Source of the DNA: Balanoglossus misakiensis
Taxonomy: Eukaryota > Animalia > Hemichordata
DNA: 64,000 nt
Direction of reading: 5' to 3'
NCBI GenBank assembly: GCA_040954595.2
Contig: CM082577.2
Coordinates: forward strand, 6,498,301-6,562,300
Within the stretch, counting starts at the first letter, position 1, and each line of letters begins with the position of its first letter. Below the pieces are notes generated by a model. It made no database searches. It was not told where the DNA came from and was given only the letters and a program-made list of their open reading frames with translations. The position numbers were made by a program, and so were the translations under genes. Shown piece after piece: positions 1 through 11,674 of this stretch.

Positions 1-3000
1 CCTCCTCCATGTCGCCCGCGTCCCCCTCGTCGTCGTGCTTCTCCTGCCCGCTGGTGCTGCGCTGCTTGAGTCGCATCTCGCGGTGGCGCGACTCCAGGAT
101 CTTCTCCCGCCGCTGCTCGCGCTCGAACATGGCGGTGACCAGCCCTTTCTCGTTCCTCTGCATGGCGCACAGGCCGTTGGAGAGTTCGAGCAGAGTGGTG
201 GTTCCGCTCTGCGAGCCGGTGGCAATGAAACGGCCCTGGTCCTGGATGCGTAGACTGTGCAAGGCTTCATCAGTAACCTGTGGGAAGGGATTTTAACAAC
301 ATGTTATTGGACTTCCTGCTTCATTGGGTGGAAAGAGGAATTCAAATGGAACATAGTACATTCATACAAGTAATAACATGGGCAAAATGTTTATCCACAT
401 GTATTTGTGCCTCTATCACACAATTACTTCAGCGCCTCTTCTTGATTAGGACTGAAGGTTACTCACCTGTAAACTGAGAGTTGGGTCATTCTGTTTAAAT
501 AGGAAATCCCAGACATCGAGCGTACCGTCCATCTTGGTGGTGAAGAAAACAGCAGGCCTGGTAGGACTCCAGCATCCGTCTGTCATGTATGACATGTGAT
601 ATCTGAGAGTGAAAACAACACAATGCAAGGATTAGGTGCTTAATATAATCCACATTAATACAAGTGTGATTTAAAAATCATGATGCTTGCAATCAGGCCT
701 GGCAAACTTAATTGTGTTGCCCACATATTATAAGTTGTGTCATGTGTGGTATTAAAGTTGTCATTATTCAAAGATGATAGTCTTCAATCAACTTACTTGG
801 TCCACATAATAGATGATTCCCTGATATCTTCTGACCAAATCTGAAATAAATTAAAAAATACATTTTTTTTCATTTTTGCACTCTAAACATAAAGAATCTG
901 CATCATTTTTTCAAGGATTACAGTAAAACATGCAGTCGATTTTCCCAACTCTTGTCCATTCAATAGTAAGGTACTTTTGAACAGAGGGTCAGAGTGCAAA
1001 GGTTAAAAAAAATACACATGCATCTTACCCTGGCCGTCCAGTCTCCAACTGTTAAGAAGTTCTTCGGGAAGAACGGATTCCTTTGTAATGAGTAAACAGG
1101 TCCTAGATGTGCATTGTATATTGAGACGATCTTCTCCATTGGCGTCTTGGCTTTGCGGTTACACGAAATCACAGTGCCTTGCTCAGTACCAACCATGAAC
1201 TTTGTGGGCTGTCAACAAAATATTGCAATTTAGCATGCATTCAGAGACATTGATCTAACAGTACTTCCAATTCACCACATGAAAATAATTATTTAGTTTA
1301 ATCTCTGGAATTAATTAACTATTCATTCTCTTTTTTTAAAATGAACTGCAAATACAAGAATGATCACAGACTTAGTACTGCTTCAATGCTACCATGACAT
1401 TTTTTTTTTCATACAAATGTAATGAATTCAAGTGTCAAGTGGTACTTATTGGCTCGGCAAAACTTACAATGGTGGGCTCATATTCTAACGCAATAACTCC
1501 TTGTGCTTTCTCTATGTCCATTTTCTTGGAGGGGTCCATGATAAGCTTTTCTGTGGGTTCACCGAGTTTACGCGTGTCCCACCAGAGCACCTGGCCGTCT
1601 GTGGAAGATGAGAAGCACTCAGTTCCTGTCTTGGACTGCAACCAGATAACTTTGTAGACGGGATCTCTGTGGCTGTGTTCTACGGGGGACATCTCGACCG
1701 GCTGGGAACCCTTTCTGGTGTCCCAGTACGCTAGGAAGGGGAAAACATACGTCAACAAAGTTAATACAAATGGTAAGCAACCACCACGATATGATGAAAG
1801 TAAAAGCATAACGGTTCTGTCTGCTTCATTACAATTGTTACTCAATGTCGACCTTTCCATGCACCATACTGTTAATATTTCTGAATAAACAAGTACACAA
1901 ATATCCTGATTTTATACATTCATGGTATGTACATGAAAAGATAGAATTTTGGAAACTCACCAATCTGTCCATTGTAGCAGCCACCAACTAAGACATGTGA
2001 ATCCTTGGGATTATATTCTAAGCACACCAGTGGTGAAACTGGTTTGATTGTGAAGTCTGGTTTATTGGGATTCTCTGCAAATGAATGGAAAAATAAAAAG
2101 TACAGGTGTTTGTAACTACAATTCTTCAATATGAAAATAAAACTATATCAATGAGATGAGATGAAATGAAATTTATCTATTTTCCATTTCCACTATCAAC
2201 TGATATTTGACAAGAACCCCTTACCAATATCCCAGATGTACGAATCCATGCTTGTTTCTGACGAGGACCTCTGGAACTCCAGGTTTGAGTAAGCAACAGC
2301 TAATTTCCTTGCACCATCGGGATACCAGGACAGGTGTGTAGCAGTACGTTTTATTTCATTTGGATCCCTGAAAGTATTTAAATTTGTATGTATTACATAC
2401 ATGATGAATGACTTTCAGATTTTGACAGGCCAAATGGTAGCCATTTCACCATATTTAGTGTGTGGTAAATAAATATGGTTTTCTAAATATTTAGGCTAAT
2501 TCTGTATGGTCATTTCATATGAAATGCAAACCTCTACAATATACATCTAATTTTCCAAGTTCTGCAAAAGGAAAGTATCAGGCAACTGGACAACTCTGCC
2601 ATATGATGAGTGTTTTAGTTCTTACCTGAAAACATTGATGGTCTTGGCTGATGGTGGTTCCTCTGATTCTTCCACATGAAGATCACTAAAGTAGTCTTCA
2701 TAAATATCAATAGCGTTGTTCTGTTTTATCACATGCTCCATCACCTGTCATACAACCATAAACCCGCAAACAAGTCAATAAATGAATATTTTGTTATTGA
2801 TATAACCTTATTTATATTTTATTGAATATGAAAAAACTACAGCACAATTGCTTGTATCCTATTTCAAGTTCCTTTTGAATGACGTGTGGTACACTGGTCG
2901 TCACCATCTCCCTGTTTCAACAAACAACATATGGTCACTTACACCTCCTAACTGTTGTATGGTGTTGATGTACATCTCATCCTTTTCCACTTTCTTCCTG

Positions 3001-3460
3001 TATCTCAGCACTTGTTCAACTTCTGACGCATTGACATCCTTCGGCCAACCACCTTCCACGTGGTTTATTCCCCTGTTTTCTGTCTCGAATCTTTCTGTGT
3101 TGACCTACGGGGAGGGACAGATGAGATATTTAGTACAAGAGGGAAGGAGTGTGATGTTTGCTACACTATGGCCGGTGAACAATCTTATCAAAAACGGATT
3201 CTAGGGATCTGTATAGATCTGCATACAATACCCTGTATTCTGGACACATTTCAATTTTTTGTGAAATTTCAACATACCTCGTGTTCTGACATTTCCTGGA
3301 CACATTGTATTCCAGTATCTACAGGGTTCTTCTCCACGAAATTCGATGTCAAGCTTTCATCTGGTAAGATGTCAACATGCAGTTCTGCCTGCCTGTCAGA
3401 AAAGTTGCACTGACGGCCAAACTCATTCCGCTTTTTTGTATACACGTATACAATTTCCAT
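1..3460 (-). CDS. DNAI2: Dynein axonemal intermediate chain 2 (WD40 outer-arm dynein IC), 3' end outside window
   Basis: Coding exons (minus) 3460-3278, 3104-2943, 2744-2626, 2367-2225, 2074-1961, 1730-1468, 1208-1029, 840-797, 602-467, 277-<1; all GT-AG and in frame. Peptides [86 protein letters not shown] match DNAI2/IC78-type chains as recalled. Confidence 0.95.
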
Positions 3461-4131
3461 GATGGATTTGTATTACTCCAAATCTACACCTGTAAGAAAA
3501 AGATATGTTTTCAGCGAATCACTAAATAACGAATGCTAAAAAGACCATGACAGGAAGACTGCTATGCTGGAGATTAGGTACTGGATATGCATCGATCGTT
3601 GTCATGTCACTGTCGCGATACAAAACATTAGTGTGGAGTTACTTAAAAAACAAGGCAAATGCGTTTTTTAGTATTGTAAAATACGGTTTACCATTTTAAA
3701 GTAAAGTATCGTACACGTGTGGATGAGATACGACCAGGAATCTAACAAGAAACAACGAAACAAAACCCCAGCACTACTACACTACACTCTACAGTGAGGC
3801 CCGGTGGCCGTGGAAACCGGAGCAGCTCGACAGTTACTAACGTCTGTTTACTACACGGCCGTTCAACTGAGTTGCCACGAGAATCTACACACATGCGTTC
3901 TGACAGACATCAAGCACTTGTGCAAAGTGTAAACCTTCTTCAGAACCACCCCTGTCCCTTGAAAAAAAAAGTTTCTTATCATACAAACGTACCTATATTT
4001 TTGTTTCCCTCCACTACCAGAAACGTTGGTCACTGTCGCTCGCTATGTCGCCCGTTGCCAAGGGTGACTTCTCGCGAGCATGCGTACGATGTGTTACGAG
4101 GAAACAACTCACAACCAACAACCAATCCAAA
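3461..4131. promoter_or_regulatory. Bidirectional promoter DNAI2/AP5Z1 with X-box-like and housekeeping motifs
   Basis: Start codons diverge ~670 bp apart; region is CpG-rich; GTTGCCACGAGAAT (3871) and GTTGCCAAGGGTGAC (4054) resemble RFX X-boxes; TCTCGCGAGC (4070) is one base from the TCTCGCGAGA promoter palindrome; CAAAATGGCTGC (YY1-like) overlaps the AP5Z1 ATG. A DNAI2 5'UTR intron is likely (acceptor 3490-3492, candidate donor 3691). Confidence 0.7.
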
Positions 4132-7100
4132 ATGGCTGCGCCCTTGGTGATGGCCGTCGAAAATTTGTTTGAACAAACGAGGTGAGACCAAACTTAAAAC
4201 TGGGCGTATTTCAGAAACCTATGCACGATTCGATTAATTTTAAAAGTTCTAAGACCACAGTTTGACTAGCTACAGGGTATTTACCAAAATACCACAGTTA
4301 AATAACGTCACAATTGTGAAAGTGTGATTTATCTAGAATAGCGTCGATAAGTTCACTGACTGAATGAACATTTTATTTTCGTGGTACACGTACATGCAGA
4401 AAATTATCACGCGTAGCAATAGACTCAGTCTATAGCTCATGAAATCGAAATCCAGCAAACCATGTTTGTTAAACATAATGTAGCAATTTAACATGTTTAA
4501 ATAACTTCCAATTGATTGCGTGTGTGCCACGCCCACCACCACCGTCCAAGGCACATGCACCACCGGTAAATGTAAACAGCGCCCCCATGTGGGCAAGACG
4601 GATAACCAACCCTAACTGGAAAGAAAGTTTTTTTTATTTTCGACCAAAAGTGTATTGCAACTTGGCTTGCCTTTTAAAAAAAAAAGACCTTTGTAGTTTT
4701 GTATTTATTTACTAAACAACTTTCCACATATTCACCTGATTTCTTGTAGGGCTGTTGGCGCAAAAGAGTTCAAAGACTTTGCAAAGAAGGTATCTTTGAC
4801 ACTGCAATCACCAGACAGGGGCAATGAGCTTCTACACCAGCTGCGACAACTTTTCCAGTTGATCTTTTGTGCAACGTCAGATAGAAAGTAAGTAACACAT
4901 TGCTGATTTTCGCTCAATTGCAACGCATTTCTCCCTACCCTGGTAAATAATAAGCAAATGAGAGATGAAATGCGTTTAAATAGTTAGATGTAATCCAATT
5001 TATTCACTTGAAACCCATGCACAGTATGACAAAACCTTTTCCATTCAGTTTGCCTGAAGATTTAGTGACACTTCTGAAGAAGACGTTGACAGAATCCAAC
5101 CAAGGCAGCGGTAGGATACGACTGGCGTGTCTGACAGTATTACGCGAGTACTGTCCAACAGAACTGCTTCGTATTGAAAACTTCAACCAACCGCTCGACA
5201 CCAAACAGATACCCTACATAGTGCCAGTCATTGGCAATCAGGTAAGGTAGTGTTGTCAAACCAGAAATTTCATTACTGTGACCGACACCGTAAAACGTGG
5301 ATGAATATTTCTATACATTTGTAGTCACTTTCTCACAACCATTCCATACTGGTTCAATCTCTGTTGCACTGCAGGGAAGAAGATGGGCACACCTGGAGAA
5401 TCTGCTGCCACAGATAGTCAGATGGGTTTCCACCGTAGGGTTTGATCAGGAAATTCAGACCAGATCATTAGCATATCTGGGAAATTTACTAATGGTGCAT
5501 AAAGATGTGTTATCAAGTGGTAAGTCCATCAAATTTGACAACCATGAATTGCGCGTAAAGTGAGACTTGATCAGCAGAATGTTGTAGCATAGTACCAGTA
5601 CAACGTAATACAGTGCCAAGCAATACATGATACAATACGATATGACGCAACACAGCAACTGATATCCAAGTTCCATTCTTATTTGAAATGCGAAAGACAA
5701 GTGCAGCAACCCTTCATGTTTTAGTTGTCACTTTATACCAGAGAGCCAGATTTGAATACTAAAATACTATCAGCTCGACTGATGCAAGTCATGAAATTGA
5801 AGCATAATAACTTTTTTGATCTGTATACTTCAGAACAGTTACACGTGGTGAGTTCACAGCTTGCAGAATGGTTGAGGAATGCATCGATATACCAGGGACC
5901 AAACCCGTACTCCAGAAAGTTTTTCCGTGGAGAGCCGGTAGGTACTGATGCTGTACACAGAGTGAGAGCATGTTTTGTGTGCTTTCGACACCATGTAACA
6001 GAATATTTTTGTCTGAAAATTGATCTGAAGATATTACTGAAAGTTTATTAGCAAAGAACTTTGTGTGTACAGACACTGATAAAATGCTTGATTTTCCAGG
6101 AATTAGTCACAGACATAGACGGCACAGCATCGGGGGACATCTTCACAGTGTTGAGCGTCACTCAGTATCTCAGTGGGGACCAACTCCTCAACGTCCACAG
6201 CTTCTCCATGCTGAAAAACATGCTGCTGCTGTCGCAACCAGCTGTGTCAACTGCCACGCCCCCTGACACCAGATCGTTGACAGACTCCGTGTCTTCTCTC
6301 AGTATGGGCCCTGCAGGAGGGTTCAGCGATCGGGCCAAGCATGTGCTGAGGGAGAAGTCCTATGAGTATTGCCTGAGGATTATCGATCAGTGTGAACGAA
6401 GTGAGTGGTCTCGCATGTAGCAATCCCGAAGGGGGTACTGTACAATTTCTGTTAGACGGTAGGGATTTCATTCGGCAAGACATTCTCTGGACACCTCTTG
6501 TCCAATGCTTTGAGGTGTGACTTCAGTAATAGGATTTTCATGGTGCTGGGTTGCAGCCTGTTGTTATTATATATACTGTTAAATTGTTACTTTTTCATTT
6601 TCTTCTGTCTTCAGAACCAATGAAAGCACAGGATTCCGAACTACAACATGCTGTAAGTACTTGAGATCAAATCAACAAATTTATATCACCACAGATAGAT
6701 AAATGTATTGCATGTATGATGCTTGATAAGTCAGAGCCAGATCCGTACCTGTTCTTTCGACTGATGACTCTGAGACCAGTTTGTACCGGTTCTAACCAGT
6801 TTGTGCCTTCTCCCCTTGCCTTGCAGTGTTTGGTGGAAGCTCTAAGCATCCTGGACATTCTGTGCAAACAGGACAGCTCACTGATACCCAGGCTGTTTCC
6901 CACCATCAAGCGTGTCTACTCCCAAATCGCTGAAAACACCGACTATCCCAGAGTTCATCTGGCCCTGGTGCAGTTCTTCTTGAACCATGGTGAGTTTCAT
7001 CGTCAATAATACTAAAATCGCTGTGTATGCAGTCATGTCAAGTTTTTTTTTTTCAATTAAATTATCCAAGGTGTTTGTGTCCATGCACCCACCCACTGTC

Positions 7101-10100
7101 TAATAACCTTTGAACCCTTTGCACATGTCCCTTCCATCGCCTTGACTACCATGGGTTTTGCTGGGGGGAAATGACATTCTATAAGTGATTCTAAAACTGG
7201 TAATTATTTTAGTCGGTGTAATTACCCTGACAGGTGGGATGTTTCCATTTCCGTAAACTCTTTAAATTTTACACTCTTAAAATATCTTTCAACTTAATAT
7301 TTCTGGAAAAGATTACATACTTTATGATACAACTTTCTTTATCTTACATTCCAAAAAAATTATCAATGATACACAATCTTTGTTAACTTACGCCGATTGA
7401 CATTCATTTAACAATTTCTCATCTAGACTCTTACTGTATTGTAACAACTTTTTCCTATTCTTTCACTGTCATTCTTTGGCAATAAAGTAGCCAAAACGTT
7501 CTACTTGAAAGTACATAGAGGTCAGTATAATCTATGATATCACACACAATAAAATGCTATGCTGTTTGTCGCTAGTGAGTATAGTATCTGTAGCGTCAGA
7601 TAAAGCTCGCACATTCAAAGCATCATCATTGTGATAAAGGGTAAATGTCATCCCATCAGTGGCTGTGGGTATGGGTCCCATACAATGTAGTTGCTAGCAG
7701 TAGCACAGCAGTTGGTGCAATGTACAATTTAACTGCTAAAGTGTACATTATTGCAAACAATGTGGTTAGTGGAACTTACAGTGTACCGGTGGATCATGGG
7801 AAACAATACGTCATTACTTTTTATCATGTTTCTAATGTACTTTGATATAACACCCCTTAGGTGAGAGCGTGATGTACGACCCGCAGCCAGCCATGGACAC
7901 CTACTTTGGCCGACTGGTGGCACTGCACTACCACATACCGTCAACAGCGTTTGATACCGTCATGTTCCTGCAAGAGAACCTGGAGGTGCTCTGTCTGAAT
8001 ACGAACATCATGGAGAAATATTTCCCAAATCTCCTCAAGGTTTGTGTTTGGCTCTGACGTCAATTGCTGTTTCTTCAGACCATCTGTGAATTTACATGTT
8101 ATCTTTGGTCAAGACATTTCGTTGGTGCCCCTGTTTTTCAAATCATGCATCAATATATGGTAATTGAATAGATGTGTTGAAGGGCTATTATAGTGTCTGA
8201 TTTTGGTTACAATTGTTTTTCAGATTTTAGCTTGGAATTCAAGGACGTTCCTGACAGAGTATGTTGATATACTGCCCTCTATGCTATCACCTACCACTGC
8301 TGTAGAGGTTAGTTGAAATCAACTGTAATTTCAGCAAATAAAATACATGCTAGTATATGTTGTATGGTTTGACTGTTAGAACTGGGGTGAAAAGGTAAAG
8401 TCCCGTGTACTGTCAGTCTGATCTTGATGAGGTATTCTTTATTTTTTATTCTCTATCTTATGAACAGATGTTTCACAGTCTCGTTGATTTGCCATGCACA
8501 ACAGCAGCTTTGGAAGTCAGCCAGAAGTCCTCCCGCTTTGACACCAACAACCCGATGACTGGTGACACAATGGTGGTTCCCGGTAGTTCCTTAGAGGCTT
8601 ACCTGACGCCGATAAACAAACCAATGTTTAATTTTGTCACCAGACAGGAGGCTGGACACGGAGACACGATTGACAGGTCAGAGACAAAATTGACATGACA
8701 CCCGTTCAATTTATCAAATGGTCTCCCTTAAAATTATGTTTAGTATACATCCCCGTCAGTGCACACATTTATTCTCAGATTCTGATTGTTTCCTTGCCAA
8801 CAGACTGAGTACCATACATAGATTATTGTCAGACATGAGTTTTCATCCCAGGGTGACTGTGTGTGGACAAGCTGTTCCTGTTCTTCTACAGTAAGTACAT
8901 GTAGGGCTTTTTTTCTAGGTTAATTCAGACTCAACGACAATTGTATGTGTTGTTTTGTACAGACTGAAACTGGCAGATCCAGTGCAAACATATGGAATGC
9001 CTTTTCAGACGACTTTGTTTCTTGAAGTTGCATGTTGATGAGTGCACCCTGGGTAGCACATTCTGAGAAAAAAAACGTACTGATACCTCTATGTGTGTGT
9101 CTGCGTGCAGTCTTTATTTCCAGACGATCTTGGAACACGGAGAATTTGATTTGGTTTGCAAGTTAGTGCCCGTGATCCTAGAGAGATCGGCTCAACTCTA
9201 CGGAGACGAAAATTATGAGAAAGAAATCAGAAGGTTGGTTTGTCAAGATTTTGTCTTTGCTCTACATTGTCCAACGTTACCTCTATTTTGTCTCTTTCAA
9301 TCCTAATGGCTTTGGAAATTAATTAGGAATCATTTTGTCATTGACAGGGTGTTGGCTGACAATCTATTGATCATGTTTAAAATTCACCCGAGTTTGGTCA
9401 TCGAAGTGAGAGCAGAATTGATGGAATTCATCGAGGCACTCAGGAACGACAGCAGTAGGGAGGATTTCTTCATTCATGTGGTAAGCACTATTCAGTGAAC
9501 ATGAAAAGAAAATCGACAAAAATTTTTCACTCTCTCGGATAAACTGGCGTGATGATGACTTTTAGTGTACAAACCCTGGTTGTAGTTCCTTTCAACATGA
9601 CATCCTAATGCGTGCATTTTATTATTTCAAAATTATTACAGGTATGGTTGATTGGAGAGTACTGCTCCAGTGCCTATGATGAAAGGTGCATTGCAGAAAC
9701 TATATCCAAGTACTATGAAGTAAGTCTGTTTGAATTTTTCAAAAGGCCCGTTACAAGCTGCTGGAAAAATCGGCCATTATATTCAAATTATTAAAAGGAA
9801 ACATGGTCTGCTTTTCAAATTCCATCAATTTGTCTCACAAAACTTTATCGAACATAACACAATGCACGCCCCATATGTCTACAAAAACTGTTGTTCACAT
9901 ATTCTCTGATTACCCAAGTCGTTGCAACATTTTGATTTGTTTCTCCATTGAAATTACCAGGAAATTTATTGCAGCAAGTAAGCTGACTTGCCTGATATTG
10001 TGTTTAATGAGACATTACGTTCCCATTTCCACATTTCAGTCCTTGGAGACACTGTCATATGAGGTTTCCATGGCAATACAGTCCAGCACAACCAGCACAC

Positions 10101-11030
10101 CACCGTACTCTGTGCGATTATTAACAGTACTAATGTCCACTCTGGCTAAGGTGAGATGAAGATTGTAATATGAATGTGGTGATGTAATGATGACTTTATT
10201 TATAGTCAAAATTTCATTTGATTTCTGACTGGTAACACATGGCCGAAATCGATCGAAAAGAAGATGGTAATCCACCCTCCCAACGCCCACCGACCCCACC
10301 CCACCCCCGCAATGGATGCAGGGAGTGATGGGTACTACCATCATGCATCTGGTGATACTTGTGTACTTACAGAATTTTCAAGATGGCTGCTTTGTTTAAT
10401 ATTGTGTGAAAAACCAAGGCAGTGGTCTATTTGCACCAGGTGTTTCCACACCACAAAATTCAGGGTTTTCTGGGCTTGCCCCAATACACATGGGAAATCT
10501 TGACGTGTTGATTTGATAGACTACATTTCTGTTTTGTTTGTTGGGTGCAGCTTGCCTCCAGATGCCAGGATTTGATACCCAGGGTTCTGCTGTGTCTCAG
10601 TAAGATCTCTAAACAACAAACAAACAGCAGGCTAGCGGAAGATAGTAAACTTGCTCTGATTGGTCGAGCTAATGAACTTGTGAATTTACTTAAACTACCG
10701 AAGTAAGTCCCCACCTTCTTCTGTTAACTTTATATGCTATGAAGACTGCCATGTTGTGATTGGTTCATAGTACACTTTTACATTTTCATCACCACAACAA
10801 CATACTGTTCTCAACATGTGATACATTTGCCTAGACAGTTAATCATTGTTTTTCTTTCAATTCAGTATTACATGTTAATAATTTTATTTTTCTTTCATTT
10901 CAGTATTGCATCTGCTATTCTCAGTCCGCCAGCCGATATTGAGAGTGGAAAGTGGCATACGGACAACACCACCTCGTTACCGATTCTACTACAATCAACA
11001 ACTAACATCATGCAACAGCTCAGTGTATGA
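4132..11030 (+). CDS. AP5Z1: AP-5 adaptor complex subunit zeta-1 (~804 aa)
   Basis: Exons 4132-4181, 4750-4887, 5049-5241, 5375-5519, 5834-5937, 6100-6400, 6615-6652, 6827-6989, 7861-8039, 8224-8307, 8468-8676, 8804-8890, 9111-9233, 9348-9480, 9642-9719, 10040-10150, 10551-10702, 10904-11030 (TGA); total 2415 nt, phases consistent. VTDIDGTASGDIFTVLS...DQLLNVHSFSML, CLVEALSILDILCKQD, FPNLLKILAW, VWLIGEY, KLASRCQDLIPR match AP5Z1/SPG48 as recalled. Confidence 0.92.
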
Positions 11031-11368
11031 ATCAGATTCAACAGCTGGGTATACAAGCTACTGTGCTATCATTCAGTACAGTGCTCTGATCTGTTGAATT
11101 GCATAGTCAGTTACTGAACTGCACATGGCCTGCAGTCATCAGTAAAATATCAACTGGGAACTGGTGGTCAGTTTACTCACTGTCCCTCTATCACAGAGGG
11201 AATGTCTGTGGTTTACTGAAAGCCCTTGGTGGGATGAACTAGATATGTCCACATGGCCTAGAGCTATAGTTATTCATAAATGTGCAATATGAAAATGAAA
11301 CACTTGGAAACAGTAATTTTTTCTTGCACAAACATTTTATTTTGTATATTGTGTATATAAGATGCAAC

Positions 11369-11374
11369 AAATAA
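11369..11374 (+). terminator. Probable AP5Z1 polyadenylation signal
   Basis: AATAAA ~340 nt after the stop, preceded by TGTA-rich sequence. Confidence 0.55.
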
Positions 11375-11674
11375 AAAACTGAAAATGATTCAATCTGTAT
11401 TCTACTAAAAGGTGAGGTTTGAAATTTCCAACATGGGGAAACTTAACAACAGATCTTCCAAGTTTGCATTCATTGCTGTACACTGCATCTGCCTATCACA
11501 TAATCATACATAGCGTCCTCAAGCCTTCAGTCTAAGAGATGCTTCTATAAGTGCAGAATTAGAAATCCTTCCTGAGCACAAACTGAGAAGCAGATTAAAA
11601 TTAAATTTACAATTTTAATACAATAGCGAGACTTGGCAGCATTAAATAGATGGAATTGTTCAACTTCATGAGTT

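Noticed and set aside
9-296. Plus-strand ORFs over the GC-rich segment
   Set aside because: Antisense shadows of the DNAI2 exon; high GC suppresses stops.
10270-10310. C-rich tract with G-quadruplex potential in an AP5Z1 intron
   Set aside because: Short low-complexity tract with no supporting context.
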